13,654 nt of DNA from Selaginella moellendorffii (taxonomy: Eukaryota > Plantae > Lycopodiophyta), in the NCBI RefSeq assembly GCF_000143415.4, contig NW_003314549.1, positions 1 through 13,654 of the forward strand, given 5' to 3'. Positions 8,881 through 13,654 of this stretch are shown here, piece by piece (position 1 is the first letter of the stretch; every line of letters starts with the position of its first letter). The notes beneath the pieces are model-generated. The model was not told the DNA's origin. It saw nothing but the letters and a program-made list of their open reading frames with translations, and did not search any database. Position numbers and translations under genes: made by a program.

Positions 8881-9752
8881 ATGGTGCAGCCACCTTTAGC
8901 TCGACCTTAGCTCCATGTTCTGAAGAGGGGGAGTGATCTGCCGACCTTCTTAGGTGTTGGAATAGTCTCTCTAGCATTGCATATCAGTCACTTTGATTAC
9001 TATTGCACCACAAACATGATCGTCGATGATGATCGTATGTGCTGTGACTTCTTACAGTCTCTTGAAGGCAAAGCAGCAACTTGGGCAGATTCTCTCTTCC
9101 CAAAGGACCAAACAGACTTCTAGACACTACTTGCTTCTTTCAGAGAACGCTTTGTTGAAGAAAAACCCACAAATCGGCTACTTATTGACCTCTTTTTGTT
9201 CCGGTAGGGTGCTCATGAGTCTGTTCCTGACTACATCACCTAGTTTCAAGCATATTGGAAGCAATGTTGGGATCACAGAGTGGTCCAAGATGAGCAATAG
9301 GGGACCATAGCATTCACAGCGGGTCTGCGTGGGAACTTGCAGCGGAAAGTTCTTAAGAAGACATTCAGGTCTTGCCGCGAGGCATTTTCATTTGCCACAA
9401 AGCTGAAAAGAGAGCTGCTTGTTGACATAGGGATTGCTAGAGTTGATTTTGACCAAGCCATCACCCCGTCAGAATCACCTTGTGCAGCTGTTTTCCCGTC
9501 CACAACAAAGCCTGTTGCTATTGAGTGAACACCTCTGGCTATTGAGAACTTTGCCAATGAGATGCGGCAACTGAAGGAGATCATTCTCCAGCAATAATCA
9601 CACCAGGACAAATTGCTCCAGGAGCTGGTGGAGTAGAAAAGAGGCCACTACAGCTTGGGAATGCAGATTTAAGTCCCGTTTGTGCACTCACTACGAGATG
9701 AACACACACAACACGCAGTGCTGCTTCAAGCTTCACCCAAAGCTTCGGCCTC
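8881..9752 (+). pseudogene. gag: gag with decayed CCHC knuckle (second plus-strand element)
   Basis: Frame 1 reads DLPTFLG...SLEGKAATW...TLLASFRERF...FLFR*GAHESVPDYIT*F...FTAGLR, with TAG stops at 9121, 9205, 9241 and 9298. After a frameshift, CTHYEMNTHNTQCCFKLHP from 9683 is CX2CX4HX4C with C>Y. Confidence 0.9.
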
Positions 9753-10387
9753 CACCTTCTCAATGTGTCCAACAACATCCCTTTGCTAATAATTCCACAT
9801 CGTCTCGGGGTCTAGAGGCATATCAGGAGCAGTTGGAGCAATAAGCAATTGAGGCAGCCCCTTCGTCAAGCAAAGGCAAGACACCCATTTCATCAGTCAA
9901 CATGATTTTGGTAGCCAAGGAACTCTATAGGCAACAGCAGCAAACAGCAGCCACTCGAGCCCAAGCGAAGAAGAAGGCAGCCACTCAGCCTGCCATAGAT
10001 ACCCCGCGTCAGTTGAGAGTGAATCTCTATTGACACCAGATCCAGTGACACTGAAGATGGCTTGTAAACTCCCCTTCAAGTCACTACTCTCTTCTCCTCT
10101 TGAGATCTCACCAATAGCTACTCCTGTTCTGGAGCCGGTTCTTCAACAGTTGGTTGACACTCCCGTCACCTTTTTGCTCCGAGACATGTTGTGTCTTGTC
10201 CTGGGATTCGGCTAGCATTTAGAGGAGTTTGCATGGTCAGGAACACCAGAGGGCACTATCATGAGGACTCCTCAAGAGGTGCACATTTTCGACATGACAA
10301 GATATGTGTAAGGAACCAACTCCCCGAAGTGTCATAGGCTAAAGAATCCTCGAAAGCACGACCAAAATGATAAAGAGTTCATCAAAT

Positions 10388-10659
10388 GGGACCAAGTCTG
10401 AGATCGAGTCCAAGACTGAATCTAAGACCAAGTTCAAGACAGAGTCCGGGATCGACTCCGAGGTCGACTCTGAGACCAAGTTCGAGACTGAGTTCGAGAC
10501 TGAGTCCGAGATCCGAGATCCGAGATCAGGTCCAAGACTGAGTCCGAGGTCGAGTCTGAGGTCGAGTCCGAGATTGGGTTCAAGGTCGAGTCCGAGACTG
10601 AGTCCAAGGTCGGGTCCGAGATCAAGTCCGAGATCGAGTCTAAAACCGAGTCCGAGTAC
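10388..10659. repeat. Minisatellite, 12-bp unit of two hexamers (GAGTCC GAGAYY/GAGGTC)
   Basis: About 45 degenerate hexamers, with a register shift at the CGAGATC duplications near 10507-10527. Confidence 0.95.
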
Positions 10660-10706
10660 TAACTAATATAGGTCAATGGGTGAAAGCCTAAAGCATGCAT
10701 CTCCCA

Positions 10707-10722
10707 GGGGGGGGGGGGGGGG
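10707..10722 (+). repeat. G16 homopolymer
   Basis: Counted directly. Confidence 0.95.
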
Positions 10723-11451
10723 TTCCAAAAGTATAGTAGGGATAATAAGGTCTAGGAACTAGTCTTGAAGGAACTCTCTAGTGGTGCTTCCAAACTAACT
10801 TGAGGTTGAGATTGGGGCTGAGGGGCCTTGGGTGGGAGTGAGCATAGACTTGGGTAATGCCAGAGGGGCCACCCGAGGAAGTGCTCAAGAGCAACTCCCA
10901 CTTCCGAAAGGGAAACCGACTGTGGTGCTCCTAGCTCTTGTGGAGTGGTGCCCCACTTGAGTACCTTGCAACTCATTAGTCCTTGCCCTTCCTAGGGGCT
11001 TGGGCCTTTCCTTCGAGATGGAAGAGGGGGAGTAGGAGTACCCACACCGGGCCATTAGGCCACGGTGTTTCCCCCCAATGTCCCGAAGCAAGTGTTGCAT
11101 CCAAGGCTTGGGATTTAGAGGGTCCCATGAACAAGTCTTGTTGTACCAAGGGATATTAGGAACTTGGAGGCATGGTGTGTTTGGCTATTTGTGCTTACAA
11201 GGAGTGTAGCTGAACCTTAAGTCTAGTCTAACTCAGGGAGAGGGATTGGGAGAGATTGGGAATCCAGTAATGGATGGCTAACACTCCGTTGCTCGTGCAA
11301 TGAGTAGCTGAAACCAAGTAGGACTAAGTAGGAGTTGGTACAATAGGCAGGAACTTTGGTGAGGGAACTTAGTTAAGGCCAAGGCGGTGTCGGTTGGATA
11401 AACGAGGTAAGTTGGCAAATTGAAAAGGAAAAATTTGTAGCTTACAATATG

Positions 11452-11830
11452 GTGGAGATCTTAGCCCATTCTTCATCCCAGTGCAAATTGGTATTTCCTC
11501 TTGTAGGATGGATGCTTTGGTTGACTCCAGTTTTGGAAGCAACATTATCTCTCTCGAAGCTGCCCTTTTAGCACAACTACAGATCATTGAGAGCTCCTCC
11601 ATCGTACTCAAGAATTTCGCCAACCACACCGTTCCTCTAGTAGGCATTTGGTATGGTGTCAAGGTGTTAGTGCAGGGTGTTATTTCTGAGGTAGATTTCC
11701 TCATGGTTGACTACCAACATCTTAGAACATCCTCTTTGAAGGACTCTATCATCCTTGGCCGCTCATGGCAAGTCACATCCCATTGCACCATTGACAGCAT
11801 GCAAGGCAAGATGGAAATTAGCGATGGAAC
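11452..11830 (+). pseudogene. pol: Retrotransposon aspartic protease
   Basis: DALVDSSFGSNIIS (DSG>DSS at 11523-11531); EVDFLMVD; IILGRSW. Lies within ORF 11481-12047. Confidence 0.9.
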
Positions 11831-12479
11831 CCATAGTGCCACCTTTCTCAACAACCATGGCAGAGCTCTTTCTCAACAAACCCAGCAGGCTCAGACTAAA
11901 GTGGTCTCCACACCACACTTTCCTCCTGAGCTCACAGAGGCTTTTCCCGAGTTGGAGGTGGAGTCGACCATCTATATGACGGATGCTTTCTCATGCAATG
12001 TGATTAACATTGTTGGAGGTGAGTCAAATAGCTTGAGATGTGTCTAGAGGCTCGGCCTTACTCTCAAATATAGAGAGTGAGGCTGAGAGATGTCTTTATT
12101 TGATGGCGGGGCTTATAGAGTACAGGCCTCCATATCCAGCTCTTCAGAGTGTTTCTCAATAGAGGAAGGGCTCCTTGATTCATTTCTTGCATAGGACCAA
12201 CTCTCTCTTATGGAGCTTGATAACACAGTCACTCTAGACCAGGTCCATCTTTCGCAGGACGCAACCGAAGCCAATCCTCCTTAGCAACTATCTGAGGTGT
12301 CACACAGCTAGCATCTTCCTACAAAAATCGCAGTAGCTGACGACTCCAAGTGTATTTTGTCATGCCGTTTGCTGAAGATGGAAGAAGACATCCAAACACA
12401 CAACTGGTAGAAAGAATCAAGCCAATCAAACGTGCTGCATGTGAGTTATAGCTCTTTGAGTTCAAAATTTCCTACTGTG

Positions 12480-12835
12480 GAGCCCCCAGTACTCCAACCA
12501 CCAGAACAACAACTCCCTTTCAAAATTTACATCAAGATGGATACAGAGGCTTTTGGAATATGCCTTTGCCAATGTTCACAGCCTGGCAAGCCACCGCATG
12601 CAACATACTATGCCTCACATTCAAGGAGGCTGAAAAAAAGTACATGGATGCGGAAAAAGAAGCAATGGCTGTTGTTTACACCTTGGAGCGATTTCGTCAC
12701 TTTCTTGCAAGAGCCTGTATCCATTTCCATGTCTCTTTTAAGGTTCTAACCTTTCTTTTACAGCGACTAGTTCACAGTCCTCGTACTTTATCTTGGATTG
12801 TGACCATCCAATAGTTCCAGCCAACTTTTCACATG
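12480..12835 (+). pseudogene. pol: Degenerate RNase H (Tat/Ogre tether-like)
   Basis: PPVLQPP...FKIYIKMDTEAFGICLCQ...YYAS, a frameshift, then FKEAEKKYMDAEKEAMAVVYTLERFRHFL...SWIVTIQ*F. Lacks the DAS and TDH motifs. Confidence 0.88.
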
Positions 12836-13460
12836 CAGCATCTTCTCCAACGGTTGTAAGTCAAGCACGTGAAGAGCAGTAGTTATTATCCTGAGTGCAA
12901 TAGCCAGGCGGAGTCCAGCAACAAGATATTGAAGACAATCATCTCAAAGCTTATGGAAGATCACCCGAGGCGTTGGCACAAGCACTTGGTTACAGCATTA
13001 TGGGCCTTTCAGATGTCCTTCAAGACATCCATCTCCGTGACCCCATTCTCCCTTGTCTATGGGACAAATGCCATGCTTCCAGTGGAGATCCAGGTGCCAT
13101 TGCTCTCACTTTCACTTCAATATGCAGCAGCGATGGAGATTAGCGATGAGGACAAGCTTCATGCACGTGACTTGGAGGTTTTTGCCTTGGAAGAATAGCG
13201 ACGATCCATGACTGAACATCTCTTTCAAGGCAAGTAGAAGATCAAATCCATCATTGATCACCGGCGGTCTGCCAAACCATTCGAGGATGGCGATCTTGTT
13301 CTACTCAAGGAGTTCACGCCACTTTTGAAGTTCTGCCCTAGCTAGACTGGCCTCTACTTTGTCCAGCGACACATTAGAGGTGGAGCATATGTGCTAGTTA
13401 ATGCTGATGGATGTGAGCTCCCACACGCTCATAACCACTCTCATCTCAAACGCTTCATTC
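12836..13460 (+). pseudogene. pol: C-terminal half of a Tat/Ogre-like integrase
   Basis: HVKSSSYYPECNSQAESSNK; ALWAF; TPFSLVYG; LPVEIQVP; FEDGDLVLL; KFCPS*TGLY; GGAYVL...DG...NHSHLKRF. No chromodomain. Confidence 0.92.
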
Positions 13461-13469
13461 AGGGAGGCA

Positions 13470-13547
13470 TTCCTCTTCTCTTCTTTTTCTTTTTCTTTTT
13501 CTTCCTTTCTTTCACTTTACTTTCATGGCTCTTTTTCCTTACTTTCA
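13470..13547 (+). other. Pyrimidine-rich tract at the start of the 3' untranslated region
   Basis: Nearly pure C/T run immediately after the integrase remnant. Confidence 0.7.
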
Positions 13548-13654
13548 GGGGGTGTTTCTCCATTGGACCATGGCCCATGCCTTGGATTTTGTGCTCAGGC
13601 TACATTGCCATTTGTATGGAGTTCCTCACTTGCTCGGTCTATGTTCGCACTGTA

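Larger units (their letters stand above)
10307..11446. mobile_element. Solo LTR, 1140 bp, with 5-bp target-site duplication
   Basis: TGTAAG...CTTACA inverted termini. ATATG on both sides (10302-10306 and 11447-11451). Removing it rejoins the host frame as EVHIFDMTRYG|GDLSPFFIPVQIG. Confidence 0.92.

Noticed and set aside
10367-10666. Ser/Glu/Arg-rich ORFs on both strands
   Set aside because: By-products of the stop-poor 6/12-bp repeat.
10997-11026. FHLEGKAQ on the minus strand, resembling gag
   Set aside because: Isolated octapeptide inside the solo LTR, lacking the following Trp and flanking gag motifs.
11053-11066. Pol III A-box-like CCGTGGCCTAATGG on the minus strand (tRNA or SINE head)
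   Set aside because: No B-box and no cloverleaf downstream.
12324-12372. YFVMPF and VADD as RT remnants
   Set aside because: Different frames, wrong order for RT motifs B and C, and no supporting context. A tiny remnant cannot be excluded without an HMM search.
13546-13560. AGGGGG followed by TGTTTC as PPT and 3' LTR start
   Set aside because: Purine tract is too short and the downstream sequence matches nothing in 7422-8733.

Overview
Eukaryotic, most likely land-plant, heterochromatin-like DNA made almost entirely of nested, decayed Ty3/gypsy LTR retrotransposons. I see no host gene, RNA gene or CRISPR array. Left to right: (i) a 2 x 180-bp tandem duplication whose unit holds a PPT-like tract plus a 104-bp TGTTAGG...CCTAACA mini-LTR (59-419); (ii) possible very eroded minus-strand pol remnants (422-1098); (iii) the 5' part of a plus-strand Tat/Ogre-like element, with an LTR remnant, a tRNA-Arg PBS (1511-1530) and a gag cut at 3162; (iv) a minus-strand chromovirus-type (Reina-like) element (3163-7421) with a 242-bp 3' LTR, a PPT, gag-AP-RT-RH-IN carrying four premature stops, only 12 bp of its 5' LTR, apparent deletions of mid-gag and the chromodomain core, and a 100-N assembly gap in the protease; (v) a second plus-strand Tat/Ogre-like element (about 7422 to the window end) with gag, CCHC knuckle, protease, and a degenerate RNase H fused in frame to the C-terminal half of integrase, with no recognisable RT; (vi) a clean 1140-bp solo LTR (10307-11446, ATATG target-site duplication) inserted just upstream of that protease. 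The sequence alone does not support a new functional system. The best leads are the RT-less RH-IN fusion element and the TRIM-like mini-LTR unit, and both need copy-number searches. Lineage names come from remembered motif similarity, not from database searches.
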